DNA of 64,000 bases from Blasia pusilla (lineage: Eukaryota), in NCBI GenBank assembly GCA_050084515.1, contig CM114271.1, positions 49,600,001-49,664,000 of the forward strand. Direction: 5' to 3'. The position numbers and the translations under genes were made by a program. Shown here in pieces: positions 14,301-27,185 of the stretch. The first letter of the stretch is position 1. Each line of letters opens with the position of its first letter. Under the pieces are notes generated by a model that saw only the letters and a list, made by a program, of their open reading frames with translations, had not been told where the DNA came from and did not search any database.

Positions 14301-14501
14301 CAGATGGCATCCACGATGTTGGATGTGTCTGCAGGGCGTACCATCTTGAGAGTGCGTAAGATTTTGCCATCCGGTCTTCTCTTATTGGAGGGACGTAATG
14401 GTATGATTTGGAAGGACCATGTGCGTAACTGTACGCCATGTCATCTTCTGAACATTGACGGTATAGTTGATCCGAGCTTAGCAATAGTTCCTACAGGCTT
14501 G

Positions 14502-14644
14502 CGGTGTATGTTGTGTGGTTCCGCCCGTGGTGCGCCACTATGCTAGTCTGTGATGGGTGTTCGAGAGGATGGCATATGGCATGTTTGACGCCACCTCTCA
14601 CTAGAGTTCCTCAGGGACGATGGATGTGTCCGAGATGCACATAG
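14502..14644 (+). pseudogene. PHD finger at C-terminus of Gypsy integrase
   Basis: CMLCGS..(frameshift)[33 protein letters not shown] matches the C4HC3 PHD consensus. Confidence 0.88.
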
Positions 14645-17600
14645 AGTAGGTAGTTCTACATTTTGACTTATGTTTGTGACATGGATGACAAGAAGGCGAC
14701 TAACGATGGGGCCACATGAGCACCCGGCCTTCTTGCTCTTAGCGTCCGAGAGATGTATGTCATGGTAGGTAGGGATAGATGGCTATCTGGAGTTAGAGGG
14801 ACCTAACCATCAGGTAGGGGGGCGATTGGAGATATTTGGTACTTCTTGTCTCGTTGTTTGGATGCCATGCGCTAGCATGGGATCGTACATGTTTGTGTGT
14901 GTGTGTTTGGTGACATCGATGTATGTTGTGTAGCAATATGTATGCACACGACATCACTCTATAAGGAAAGCGCTATGTGTGAAATTGCGTTTAGGAATCT
15001 ATGAGCACATTTAGGAGAGTCTCTGCTGTTGGTGAGTTTCGTCGTTAGGGGGGGGAATGCCCCCTTCTTCCTTTTCTGGTCCTGTTGTGGCCTTCAGGTT
15101 TTGACTCTTTGAGTCCCCCTCTTTTGTACTTCCGATGGGTTTTCCATCACTCGTTTTTATCGAAGTGCATCTTCGCCTGTTTAGGAGAGAAGGAGGTCCA
15201 AAAATCCAAAGAACTTTGGAAAACTCAATCTTAAGTGGAAAAAAGAAGACCCCAAATTAAGTTCAAGCTTGAGAAGATGAACACGTTGGGCCTTAGATTG
15301 AAAAGATTGGATCACCATAGAAATATTTCCAAGCAAAAGTCCAGACATCCCTCCATGTCCTCCGCCATAGTTTTCGTTAGAGATCAATTGCAAACTAGAC
15401 AATTTTCCAATGGCCAATGTGATAAAATGAATCGGTCTTTCACAACTATTTTTGGTTACTTGTTAGTCGAGGTCTCTAGGACGTTGGGCCATTTTCACTC
15501 CCAAAACTTTGGTCGTAGGAAAATTGGCGACTTGGCATGCATGGGATCCCGTCATTGGAGGTTTGTTTTGAGAGCTTGGGTCTAGATTGGATGATTAGGG
15601 AGGGGGAGGGAGGGTAATCGGTTTGGGTGTAGGAACTTAAAAGATTTATGTCCATATGGAAATGGTACAAGGGGACTAGCAATCGAGACTAATCAACTAG
15701 CATATGAGTTAGTTAACACAAGTCTATCTCAAGAGATGGCTACATCTAAGGGTTGGGAGAAACACTAGCTCATATGATGTGATGATATGGCCAACTAAAA
15801 AACTTGACAAGAGAAAGGAAAAACATTAAAATAGTCAACAAAATTCAAATCAAAAGCAAAAGAAAAGAGAGTTTATTTTCCACTAAGATAAGTTTTAATA
15901 GAAAAATTTTAAATATTTTTAGCAATAGTCATGGAGAAATAATTATTGGAAACATGTCACATCATAGTTAGGCAACATGTAAAATTCCATTATGTTGATG
16001 ACAAAGAGAGTCAATGGGTTGTTGGGGCTAAGTTCGTTTTAAGATGTTGGATGAGGTTGGAAACATTTCCGTTGCATTGAGATATTTTTTTACTACTTTT
16101 TCTTTTTTGCTATTTTGGACCATGTGACCCAGTGATTGAGTCAATAGTCACATGGAAACTTGTGTGCACAAGTTATCATTTTTCGACCATTTTTGGGGAA
16201 GAGCTCTTTTGGCTCTTCTTAGGGGTATAAAGGAGATGGGGATGTCTTTCCAAGCCATCTTTCTTATGTTAAGCCTTTGGAGCATTGTGATATCTTAGTT
16301 AGACAACATGTAGAGTTATACCGCGTCGACGGCACAGAGGTTCAGTTGGTTGTTCGGGTGTAACTTCGTCCTGAGATGTCAAATGAGGTTGGTGACAGGT
16401 CCGTTGCATCGAGAACATTGTTTCTAAATATTTTGCTATTTTGGTCTTTGTCAGCCACGTAATCTGTTGACGGAGTCAATGGACACCCGAAAGCATGTGC
16501 TCGCAAGTTACCATTTAGAGGTGGATGTGGCTCGATATGCCGATGTAGATTTAGGAGTGTAGTTTTACGCCATGTGAGCAATTTTTACTCTGATTTTACA
16601 TGAGAAAGATGTCCGGGGTCAGGGGGAATTTTATTGTATGCAGGTTGGCAAGCAAGTTTCCTCCTGTGGGGAGACTCTGGTTGGGTAATGTGTTGTTTTT
16701 TTTCCATACAAAAGACCGTGCGCGGAAGCGCTGCTCATTTTTCACAGATTTTGGCCGGTAAAGGACTAGGGTAGAGCAATAGCACAATGACGAGTAGGAG
16801 CGCTTGGACGTAACGTGTACATAGCAGCGTCAAGGTAGTGGCGCTTGTTGGGAGAAAGAGTTTTGAGTAGGTCTTGCAACCGTCGGAGGGCTGTCAAGTA
16901 AGGCCGCTAGCTAGGCATCTAGGGTTAGATCATAGCCGTATTCACAGGTAGGTACATACGCGTGTTATATGATAGGAGATGCAGATAGATGGGAGATGCT
17001 ATGTCCCTTCCTTCCTTGTTCCTTGAGAGAGGAATAAGGAAGGAAGGGATAGAGTCACATAGGGGTGGTTGAGTATTATCGGGTGACGTGGAGTCACGTA
17101 GTGTCCAACTTGAAAGGAAATCTCCAGAGCCTCATAGGGACATGTGCCCAAGGCATTAAGGCTAGTATAAGGGTTCCAAGAAGGAGGGGCCTAGGGCACA
17201 TGATTGCGAATGGAGCGTTGCGGGGTTGGGAGGTATGCAGGCTCTAGAATAGACGAGTTGTTGCATAGGGCCGCATGTTGGAAAGTGGCATGAGATGGGT
17301 AGATGTGGGAGTACATAGGGAAGTGTGTGGAAGGAGTTGGGAAGAGCTCCAATATTAGGGGAGTTTCTTTGGAAGCCGTATAGGCACACTAAATATAGAG
17401 GGAGGTGTGTGAACTCCAAGTAAGGTGATAGAGAGTTGAGGCCACTGTACATAAGGCTGGGGGCCCAAACGGAAAAATGGCTGTGGGCTGGACACTTGGA
17501 GCTAGAGCGCATAGGGATGCGCACGTGTGCAGAGTTGGGAGAGCTAAGTAACTAAGTTTGGAGGGAGTTTTGGGCTAGGAAGAGGTTTTCATGGTAGATG

Positions 17601-17969
17601 AGGTGTAGGGCGAGATAGAATCGACGCCTTAGAGGGATCTTGTACTTCCCTATTTTGAGAGGTCACATGTGACCTGCTCTTAGGAGGTGACCTACGAGTG
17701 TAAGTCACCCTTCCATTTATGAGGAGTGGGAACCTTAGAGAGGTTGACCCTCCCCGGCTAATAATACACGTCAACCAATCTTGCGTTTCCCAAGTCTTGG
17801 TCTCGGGCCATCTTTTAAACTCATCAAATCTAGAAGGGGTTAATGTTGACCTAACCCCTCACTCCCCAACATAAGCAAGTCATTCAAGATTTGGGAAAAA
17901 CTTTCTTGATAGTCCAAGAACTTGAAAAATTGCTAGCACATGTGGAAGTTCCTATTGCCTAATGGATCT

Positions 17970-20900
17970 TGTCACGTCTGTTAGGATAGATCGACGAGTT
18001 CTAGTAGAGCGCCTTCAAAAATACTGGAGGAAAACCTTGAGAGGTCAAGGATGACCTGCTAAGGATATAGGTAAGTTGAGAGAACACGTATCCCCTTTGT
18101 TTTGGCTCATTTGGAGCCATATTGAGGAACTTAAACGCCTGACTTCGTGGAGTCAGGCGTTTGCACCAGAGCGTGATGGATTAGAGGAACCCGAGGTAGC
18201 CAGGAGTGCTACTATGACCCCTTTGGACACCATCCCAATTGTGTGGTGAATCCCAGAGGAGGGTATTCGCGTGTTGATTCTCTTTGGAGGGATCATCATT
18301 GGCTTAGCCGTTGTTTTGCAGGCAGGAGTGGGTGTGCAGCAGTACTTATAGGTTGAGATTGATGATGTTGCAAGGCGCACTTCACTTCACCATGTGGCAC
18401 AATCACGCCTCCAATTTCCCGGTTTGTTGTCTGCATCCTCCATCCACGGGTACCAGAGTTCCCTAGCCTACCGAGGGACATTTCATTGTTGGGGGCGCAA
18501 GACTTGGAGCATGTAGGGACCATAGATTTGGTCATTGATGGTTGGCCGTATCAGGGCCAATCAAATGATGGATGAGGTAGCGGATTGGCTGACTCTCGAT
18601 CCAGGTTTTTTTGGGAGATGATTCGGATCTTGCGACACTTGCAGGAGAATCAGTCCCGTTCTCCAACATACATTATGGAGAATATGCCGATTTGGGGCAA
18701 TTCGAGGTGCACGTGGAGGAGATGATATGCAGTTGGCTGCAAGGGAGCAGTCCATTCATGTTTTTCGAAACAAGGTTGCACCCTAACAACCACCGATACC
18801 CTTGCCGGAGAGTCCTATCGTAGTCACCATGGAGACTTGGGGGCCAGATATGGGCCCTAAGTTGACAAGAGGAGAGCGATGCCAGATACATCAATTCCTT
18901 AGGAGTTATAAGAGTTTTTTTGCATTTAGTATGCATGATTGATACATTAATCTTGTTGTTGCGAAAGCGTGCGTTCAGTAGTTCACGCTCTCAATACTGA
19001 TCAACATCCAAACATGCACTCTTGTTAGTTGGGTCTTGGATAAATCAGCGGGCTAACTTTTTGAGTTCTCGTCTCGGTCTCTCATCAAGCTCAACCTTCC
19101 TTGTTTTGTGGTTTACAACACGAGCAAGTCTCAAAAGACTTGTAACAAACTTTCTTGTTGGTTCAGGAACCTTAAATGGCGTTTCGCGCCTAGCAGTTCC
19201 AACTATCCGATGGACATCCAATGAATTCCTAACCGAGACTCCCACAAAGTGAATCTCGGGTTGGAATCCAAGTGTGGCATACAAAGTCCACTTCCTTGGA
19301 TCACGTTTGGGTTTCGAGTTCCAGCGCCAAACTCCCGTTCCATCTCGTGCCTCTAAGATGCCTTTTGGTGCTCAAAGTGGGGATTCGTTCTCCAAGACAT
19401 CTTGGAAAGACTCCTCGCTTACTAGTACTTCTGGGAATCTCCAGGGTTCCCTACATTTAGGGAAAGACACCCGGGCCTCTCCAATTGGCCCTCAACCCGA
19501 TTGCTCTCACAATCATTTTTGGCCAATATCTCAGTCAGACGTTTGCTAAGATCTTTAGTGCATTAGAAGCATCTCAAGATAAGCTTACCAACTCGCCCTT
19601 AATTGTCCCAAACGCATCATGGGGCTAAACGTTATGGTCCAAAATACAATCAAATTCCCCAAACGCTAGCCGTGTTCCAAAACTGGTTCTCACCTCTTTG
19701 GCAACTAACCTTCCAAGTCTCAACTCATCTCAAGTCCTGGCTCGCCTTTGATCTAGGTTTCCTAGTCGTAATCACTAACGCATGAAACATACAACTCTAT
19801 TCCGCATTTCGTCTCTTGGACTTTTTCAAGAGACCTTTCCAAAAGCCTCTCCAAAGCGCGAACATCGCAGTGTGAGTCCACTTGAGTTCTAATGTTACGC
19901 TTGGCGCCTATTTGGTGTTGTTTGGTTATGAGGGTTGGAGCAGGTATGCTGAAGGGTCCCAGGATCCCCATTGAGTTATTGAGCGACATGCCGATCTTCC
20001 GATGACCCTACAGGTACAATGATATGGAGAGGGTTTTGATTTAGAGTAGGAGCTAGGACTTGGTTGGAGCAGGACTAGTGGAGATGTCGCATGGAGAGTA
20101 TTCATCTACTACTATCATGCCTGCCAAGAAGGATGTGCATGGCAACTAGACGGATAGGCGGATGTGTGGAGATTACCGACCTATCAATCGACACACGAAG
20201 TTTGATAGGTATGTCTACTTGCAAACCTGAGGAGATCTTTGATGCTATTGGGCATGCAAAGGTTGTCAGTTCATTAGATCTTCAAGCCAGATACCATCAG
20301 CTTGAAGGACAGGTAGAAGACGGCGTTTTGGGGCATCGATCCTCATAGGAAGGATTTCTTGTATTAGTGGCAATTCTTACCATTTGGGTTAAAGAACGTT
20401 GCGTCTAAGTTTCAAAGGGTCTTGGATAGGATCTTGGCAGGTCTGGATTTTGCTAGATGTTATATTGATGACATCGTAGTCTTTAGCGCCACGATTAAGG
20501 AGCATGAACGATATCTAGAGGAGGTATTTCGACGATTGCAGTTTCATGGGCTAAAGCTACATCAAGGAAAGTGCAAGTTCTTCTACAACCAGATTGAGTA
20601 CCTGGGTCATACAATATACCCAGGTGGCCTTGGTGTGTAGCAAGAGAAGATAGAGGCTATTCCATGCCCTACAAATGTGACTCGAGTTCGTGCATTCATG
20701 GGATTGGCGAACTTCTATCGACGGTATGTCAAGGGTTTCAATTCGATTGCAAAGCCGTTGACCTTGTTGACCATGGTGGATCAAGAGCGGCATAGGGGGA
20801 TGAGCAGGAGAGACTATTTTGAATTGCTAAAGGAACGATTGACGTCCGCCCATATTGAGGAGACCAATTAGGGGGCGTCCTTTCCAATTGCATATAGATT

Positions 20901-21529
20901 GGAGGATGTTGGAGCTTGGAGCCATGCTCATCCAACATGACGATGAGGATAGAGAGTTTGTGGTGGCTTACGCTAGTTGCTCGAACAATGGTGCAGAGGC
21001 GAAGTATAGCTCGTATGAGGTTGAGTGCTTGGCTGTAGTGTGGGTTGTCACGCATTTCAAGTGTTATTTATTCGATAACCCCTTGACCATTATTACTGAT
21101 CATTAGCCACTTAAGTGGATGATGGAGTCCAACAAGCTTATATGGAAGCTTGTGAGGTGGGCTCTATTGTTACATGAGTATGATTTCCAAGGGGTGCATA
21201 CACTTGGGACGCTCAACCAAGATGCAGATGGTTTGAACTGTAACCCATGCTCGAGTCAACCACATACGACTGGAGCTCAATGACATCGAGAGTGTGATGA
21301 GGAGTTAGTGCGAGGAGGACATGCGTCAGCCTATTGGGGCTTACTGGCTATGGAAAGCCACATTGTTCATACTTTGATGGCGAGGTGTGATGGAGAGTCC
21401 TTAGATCTAGAGGTTGGTGAGCAGACGACAGGTGGCCGAGATATTCACGAGGATGGAGTAGTCTTGGAGTACCTACATATTGGCAGCGTCACGAATACAG
21501 TGGGTGCTACAGAGTGGGATTGGATCTAG
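17970..21529 (+). mobile_element. Second, internally deleted copy of the DNMT-Gypsy family
   Basis: LTR-start homology at 17970-18133 to 5261-5424. DNMT fragment at 18140-18730 (GIRVLILFGGI, IDLVIDGWPYQG, YIMENMP). RT/RNase H at 19945-21529 is collinear with ~11700-13300. Confidence 0.85.
18940..19942 (+). mobile_element. ~1-kb solo-LTR-like insertion (copy 1)
   Basis: Interrupts otherwise contiguous gypsy sequence (..atgcatgatt | ggtatgctgaaggg..). Has TG...CA ends and is the reverse-complement homolog of 43690-44666. Confidence 0.7.
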
Positions 21530-24500
21530 GGGGGGACACTCTATGTATACCTCCTACATCACCTACCACATTTTGGGGTCGGAAACCCCTAACTTATAAG
21601 TGAATTTTTTTTCCTCCCCCTTACTTACTTTAAAACCATATTTAAAAAAATAATTTATGACCCCTATATTTTGTTAAGTAAATTTGTGTCCTTGATTTTT
21701 TCAGGGGCTTGAAAGTAAAGATAAGTACCCCTTCGCACAACGGTCTTGTATTGTTGCACTTGATAATAGGCTATTAAAAGCTTTCAGCAATACCCAAGCC
21801 ATTGCCAAACATAGTAATGATATGTAAGGTGGAATTATCTGCATGTTTCCATTGAATCAATATTTAGTGCAACTTCCACTTTCCCCATTACTTTGACACC
21901 TATGATGGAGAGGAATTGAACCTCAGTATCGGCCGGATGCTCATATGGCCATGCCGTCATCCCCCTAACCTATCCCCTCCCAAAACTAGCCTATCATAAA
22001 CTCAAAAAATGACTTCACACTATAACATGCACATCACTTGGGAAAAGACGATACGCTGCGGATGTAATCATTGATCACTCGTAAATCACAGTTATCCAAT
22101 TCATATATCCTGACTGTAAGACTTGGCTTCATGGGCAATCTCACATTTGAAATCACCATTTCAATGTCAATATATTGGCCATCACATGCATCATATGTGA
22201 ACAAGGTGTTGCTCTTACCTGTGCGCGAATACCAATTGCACAATATCTGACAAACACTGCCTATCTGTCCATCTTTTGGGACAGGTTGGTCCAAAAGATC
22301 AATAGGAGATCTACATCTATCCCATTGACTACCGTATTTTTGTTTGATGAATAGAATGCGACCTAATCAAAACTCTTTTGTAAGGACTATTCTGTTCTCA
22401 TCTAAGTCTTTTTTTTCTTCTCTTCTTTGACTTACTTGATCTAGTAGATGGTCCAACTTGTGTAGTAGACTAAAAAAAAACAGGGGGGCTGGTATTCTGG
22501 CAGGAGAGAGTAAGAGAGGAGAGGAAGAGAGGAAGAGAGGAGAGTCTCTCTTAAAGAAAAAGGGCCAAATCCGCCTCCTCTCTTCAAAACTTTTTGACAT
22601 ATTTGAAATTTTTTTTGGGCTTTCAAATTCATGAAATCTTTAGAAGAGAGTAGGTAGTGGTCCACATTTGGCCCTAAAAAAACCTCCTTTTTCCTGGGGG
22701 CCAAAAAAAAGTAGACATCATAAGACCACTACAAAATTTTTTCCATCACTCTCCATGTGAGCCTAAGTTTCTTAACATTACCTGTCTCGGTCTACAAAAA
22801 GCAGTGCCCATGGGTATTTTTGTTGGAGGACCACCCGGATGCCAACCTCTCTTTTTGCAGGGATTGTTTCCTGCATCATGGCCTCCCCTCAATTGCCCCA
22901 TAACCAACTTTTGTTGGTTATGAATCGTGTCTGCTCAAGACCAAAATTGTGAAATGTGAACACATGAGAGGATAATTGAACCAAAAGATTGTTAGTTGTT
23001 TGGAGTAAAGAGGAACTGATGTCCCTTCATTCAGATCCTAAGGCTGAGAAACCGAGAAGCTGCACCCCTCCCAACCCGTAAGAAAGCTCACCATAAGAAA
23101 GGAAAGATTTTTAGAAGTGATTTTCTTCCACCCTGCATCCACGACGATCTAACAGGTTGGGAATCCGAAATGGCAATCCGACAGGTAGTAGGAATCCTGC
23201 ACATCTTAGACAAGAAAAGAAGCCTACAACTGGTTTGACGAATGTAGGGGAACGAGCCAAACGTTAAGAAGCCCGCCACAATGCATCAGAAGTTGGTCTT
23301 ACAGGGAAAGAGTCCGATCACTCAAGCAGTCAACCTGTCGGAATCCGACAGCTTGCCTGGAAATGGTTGAAAAGTTGCAGTGGGCAAAAAGCAAAAAGTT
23401 GCAACCCGTCGGAATCATACAGGTTGCAAAATTGTAATTCTGAGTAGCTAAAAGAACACAATCCACAAGTCCAACAAAATATTCCAGCAAACTTTTACAA
23501 ACACCATTATGGGTTGAAAAAATCTCGTCCTTTATTACCTCCGAAGGAACCTCGGAAATGTACATTTGACCTAGTCTATGATTTCTTCAGCCTCGTCATC
23601 TACACATTTACTCCTAACTCTCCTCGGTGACAGTACAAAAGGAATGTCCTAGGATACAAGTGGCTCCTCTGGCCGATTGTAGACGGGGATAAAAAATGTT
23701 GGCGAATTCGAGAGCCTTGGCCCCCCCCTAGGTACGCCATAACGGTCCCATGTAACCTGATTTGAGTCCCACCACCTTCCTCAGCAGTATACCTTGTACG
23801 CTCTGCAATGTGACACCCATCCAGTATCAATATGTGCTCCGTCCTTGGTAATACCATGATGGCAATTGCACAGGTAGTAGGAATCCAACACGTCTGAGAG
23901 AAGAAAAGAAGCCTACGCTTTGCAATGCGAGTTGAGGGAAGGTGCCAAGGGAAGAAGCCCTCAGATCGCCTCTTAAGTTGGACCAACAGGAAAGAGTCAA
24001 TCAGCGACTGTCGGAATCCGGCTGGGTTGCGTGGAAGTGGTAAAAAGGTGCTGTCGTCAAAAAGTGAAAAGTTGCAAGCAGGAGAAATCCGACGGGTTGC
24101 AAAATAGAAGTCCGCGGAGTACATAGACGATCACATTTGAAAAGACATAAAAAATGTTCAGCAAACTTTTACAAGCACCACCATCATCGTTCGAAAAAAT
24201 CTTCTCCTTTATATCATCTGAAAAAAGCTCGAAACTGTACATTTGATCTATTCTATGAAATCTTTTGCCTCATCATCAAAAAACTCCCTACTCCAAACGC
24301 TGCAGTCAAGCTAGGTCGTTGAGTTCTTTGAACTCACTCGTCATCATCCGAGAGCTCTTGCAAAATTACTTTCGGCCTTGCCCTCCCAATTTTCGGAATC
24401 GTTGGAAGTGACGATGGAGTCACTACCAATGGTGGGTCTGGAACCGGAGCTCTCGGCTTCGGTGGAGAGTTGTACGTCCCAACGAGCCTTTCGTATTTTG

Positions 24501-24939
24501 CATTTTCCTCCTTGCAAAGGTCAAACAGTTCCTGCCTTCCCTTGAGGTAGAGAATGTTCCTGCCACTCTGCTAGGCGCCTTTGATACTTGCCCCTCAAAG
24601 TCCCACTAAGTCGAACACCAAGTCACCCGGCCTTGAGCAGAGCTCGATGAGCGTTTGCATAAGGGCTGGTGATATTTCCCTTCCTCCCAGAAGTGGGGTA
24701 CTGTCTTGCATGTAAATTCCCGGGGGGGAATTGTACAAACTATCTAAGCTGTACCCATCTGAGCATGCATCCACAGGATCCTGGATCTTGAACACCTGGA
24801 AATTGTGCTCGGGCCGAACGAAGCAGTACACGTAGGAGTGGTCCATCTGTAAAGAGGCACGTTGGAAACAATGTCAGCAACTAAAGAAGTCGACTTGACC
24901 CTAGAGAACTTTTTCAATTACTAACTTTGGATCAACCTG

Positions 24940-25310
24940 TCAGAGTCCGACGGGTTGTTTTGTCCCTGACCAACCCGTCGCCTTCTGATGGGTTGGTCGG
25001 GACAAAACAACTTTCCGTCGGGCTCTCCGTTGTTTTTGTCCGTGAGCAACCCGTCGGAAGGCGACGGATTGCTGGCCTAGAGCAGCCCATGCTCGGCTGA
25101 GAGCAACCCGTCGCTTTCCGGGAACACAAGGAAAAACCAAAAGCAACTGCAACCCGTCGGGTTCCGACGGGTTGCAGGTACACCATGGTTTTCCCTGTGT
25201 ATCTGGGAAAGATGCAACCCGTCGGAAACTGACGGGTTGCTCTCAACCGAGCATGGGCTGCTCTAAGCCAGCAACCCGTCGCCTTCCGACGGGTTGCTCA
25301 CGGACAAAAA
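24940..25310. repeat. Intronic palindrome cluster forming a long fold-back
   Basis: Multiple CAACCCGTCGGNNNCCGACGGGTTG units; 25030-25115 is an inverted copy of ~25225-25310. Confidence 0.9.
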
Positions 25311-26554
25311 AAACGGAGATATACTATCTGAAATTAACACTCATTGAGCCTTACCCGAATTTGAAAATATATTTGAGATTATACTACAGGAATTGAGCCT
25401 TACCCGAATCTGACTCGTCGCGAATCGGAGTGGGTACTCATTTTTTATGATCCACGATTGCGCCAAATGGGGCAATTCTCCACCTCCCAATCGGACATGT
25501 GCTGCCCCATCTCCATGTCGTACATGGAGAATGTCTCTCCATCAGGCGGCGAAGCCCACAATTTCAAGGCTGCCGGTAATTTTCCCCAGGTACTTGCATT
25601 CTTACACTAGACGAGGTACCTGAAGACCATCCGTTGGGCAGCTTTTACTCGAACTGAATCGGCCGTCTGCTCTTGTAGATCTCGCTTCTTCTTTGCTTGA
25701 TCCCGCTTGTTCCCCTCGATTTCTTTGTCAAGCTCTGCCTGAGGGAGGACGCAAACCTTGAACATTGTCTTGAATCCTGGGTTTTTGATTGGCTTGTCCC
25801 GGATGTCGTCGAGCCAAACCTCGAAATCTATAGAACTTTCCAGGTTTGCTTCATCCGAAATGGGCTCTAATCTTTTGAGCTCCGCTTGTAGACCATCCAG
25901 CACGGACTTCCCGATAACCCGCAACGCGTCCCAGAATGACCATTCGCGTAGTCAGTGGGAGATCACTGGATCGGACATACCCGGAGGATGGTGTGCCGCC
26001 CTCTTCTGGGCCTCTGTGCCCTCGAGACTGATTTTCATCAGTCGGATCCTCCTAAACTCCCTTATGCCGGACAACGCAAACCGATGCACGCGATCCGGGG
26101 AACACTTTCTCCCCAATCCGACCTTGCGGATCTTCATCCTTTTCGGGCGCTTGATAATCGCCTTCGGCTCCTTGTAAAACTCCACCAAGTTCGGGGTTGA
26201 GAATCTTGATGTATCGCGCATCTTGCTAGCCGTGTATTTCGTGGATGAGATATCTGCGGCTTGATGAATTTCGCGCTCGGCCGGATACTTTCTCCCTCGC
26301 TCCGGCTCGGTCGGCGCTCTTCTTCGGGCTTTGTATCTTTCAGCAAAGGATGGTTACGGTTGCATCTTGGGAAATAAACTTATTTGCCCAAGTTTTCTTT
26401 TTTATCGAGCACCCTTTGCAAGCATCGATTTTGGCGTCGCCAAGAACCCCTTGTACTCTCCCGGGTGCGTCGTAAGCACCTTCTTCACCCGGTCGCAGTC
26501 CTGGATCCAGTGGTGGGTGACATTCCCCTCCGATACAATCCTGCACATCCAAAC

Positions 26555-27185
26555 TCAACCCGTCAGAAAAATTTGTAAGTTACATGGGTTCCTGCAACCC
26601 GTCAGACTCTGACGTGTCGTCACAGGTCAAGGTCGGATTCTAGAAACGAGGTAAATGATGCAACCCGTCGGAGTCCGACGGGTTGCATTCAGATTTGCTA
26701 ATGCCTGGTTTCAACCCATCGGACTCTAATGGGTTGTGCAATTGAACATACTAACATCAACATAGCAACCCGTCGGAGTCCGATAGGTTGCGCAATTGAA
26801 TGGAAACTTGCAATTTGACGCAAAATTTGCTAAACCAACTTCCAAATGCAACCCGTCGGACTCCGACGAGTTAATTTCGGCCAAAAATAGTTTCGAGTCA
26901 AGCAACCCGTCGGACTCTGACGGGTTGCTTTGGGCAAAAAACATACTAAACCTGCGGTCAGTCAAACAACTCGTCGGAGTCCGACGAGTTGCTTTCTTCA
27001 AAAAACATCCTGAAAAAGCGTTGAGTCGAGCAACTCGTCAGAGTCCGACGAGTTACTTTCGGCAAAAAAAAACCTAACCCATTCATCAATCGAGCAACTC
27101 GTCGGAGTCCGACGAGTTGCGTTTGGCCAAACGCATCCCAAAAATAGTGCCGACCCAAACAACTCGTCGGAGTCCGACGGTTTGC
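26555..27185. repeat. Intronic array of ~27-bp palindromes with variable spacers (copy A)
   Basis: About ten GCAAC(C/T)CGTCGGA(G/C)TCCGACG(G/A)GTTGC units at ~50-85 bp period. Confidence 0.92.

Larger units (their letters stand above)
5261..15060 (+). mobile_element. Ty3/Gypsy LTR retrotransposon (decayed) with internal C5-DNA methyltransferase and C-terminal PHD finger
   Basis: Domain order is gag, protease, DNMT, RT, RNase H, integrase, PHD. The putative LTR start at 5261 (tatcacgtctcttaggatag) is homologous to TGTCACGTCTGTTAGGATAG at 17970. A PBS-like site lies near 7035 and a polypurine tract AGGGGGGGGAA near 15047. The 3' LTR was not recognised. Confidence 0.85.

Noticed and set aside
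15060-17960. 3' LTR of the DNMT-Gypsy
   Set aside because: Only short patches resemble 5.9-6.1 kb, and the expected TGTCACG start does not follow the PPT. Left unannotated.
19045-19284. Conserved ORF shared with 44400-44615 (RKVELDERPRRE)
   Set aside because: Explained by DNA homology of the two solo-LTR-like copies; no recognisable domain.
22034-22294. Protein-like minus-strand ORF (YDACDGQYIDIE..YELD) as the transposase of the palindrome element
   Set aside because: No catalytic motif recognised, and it is not shared with copy B.
22727-22736. CACTACAA as a CACTA terminal inverted repeat (also ~30277)
   Set aside because: Homology between the copies continues on both sides, it coincides with a minus-strand TTGTAG acceptor, and no matching opposite TIR was found.
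26555-27185. CRISPR array (palindromic repeats with variable spacers)
   Set aside because: Eukaryotic intronic context with no cas genes. Spacer lengths vary widely and the spacers are related to or inverted copies of each other.
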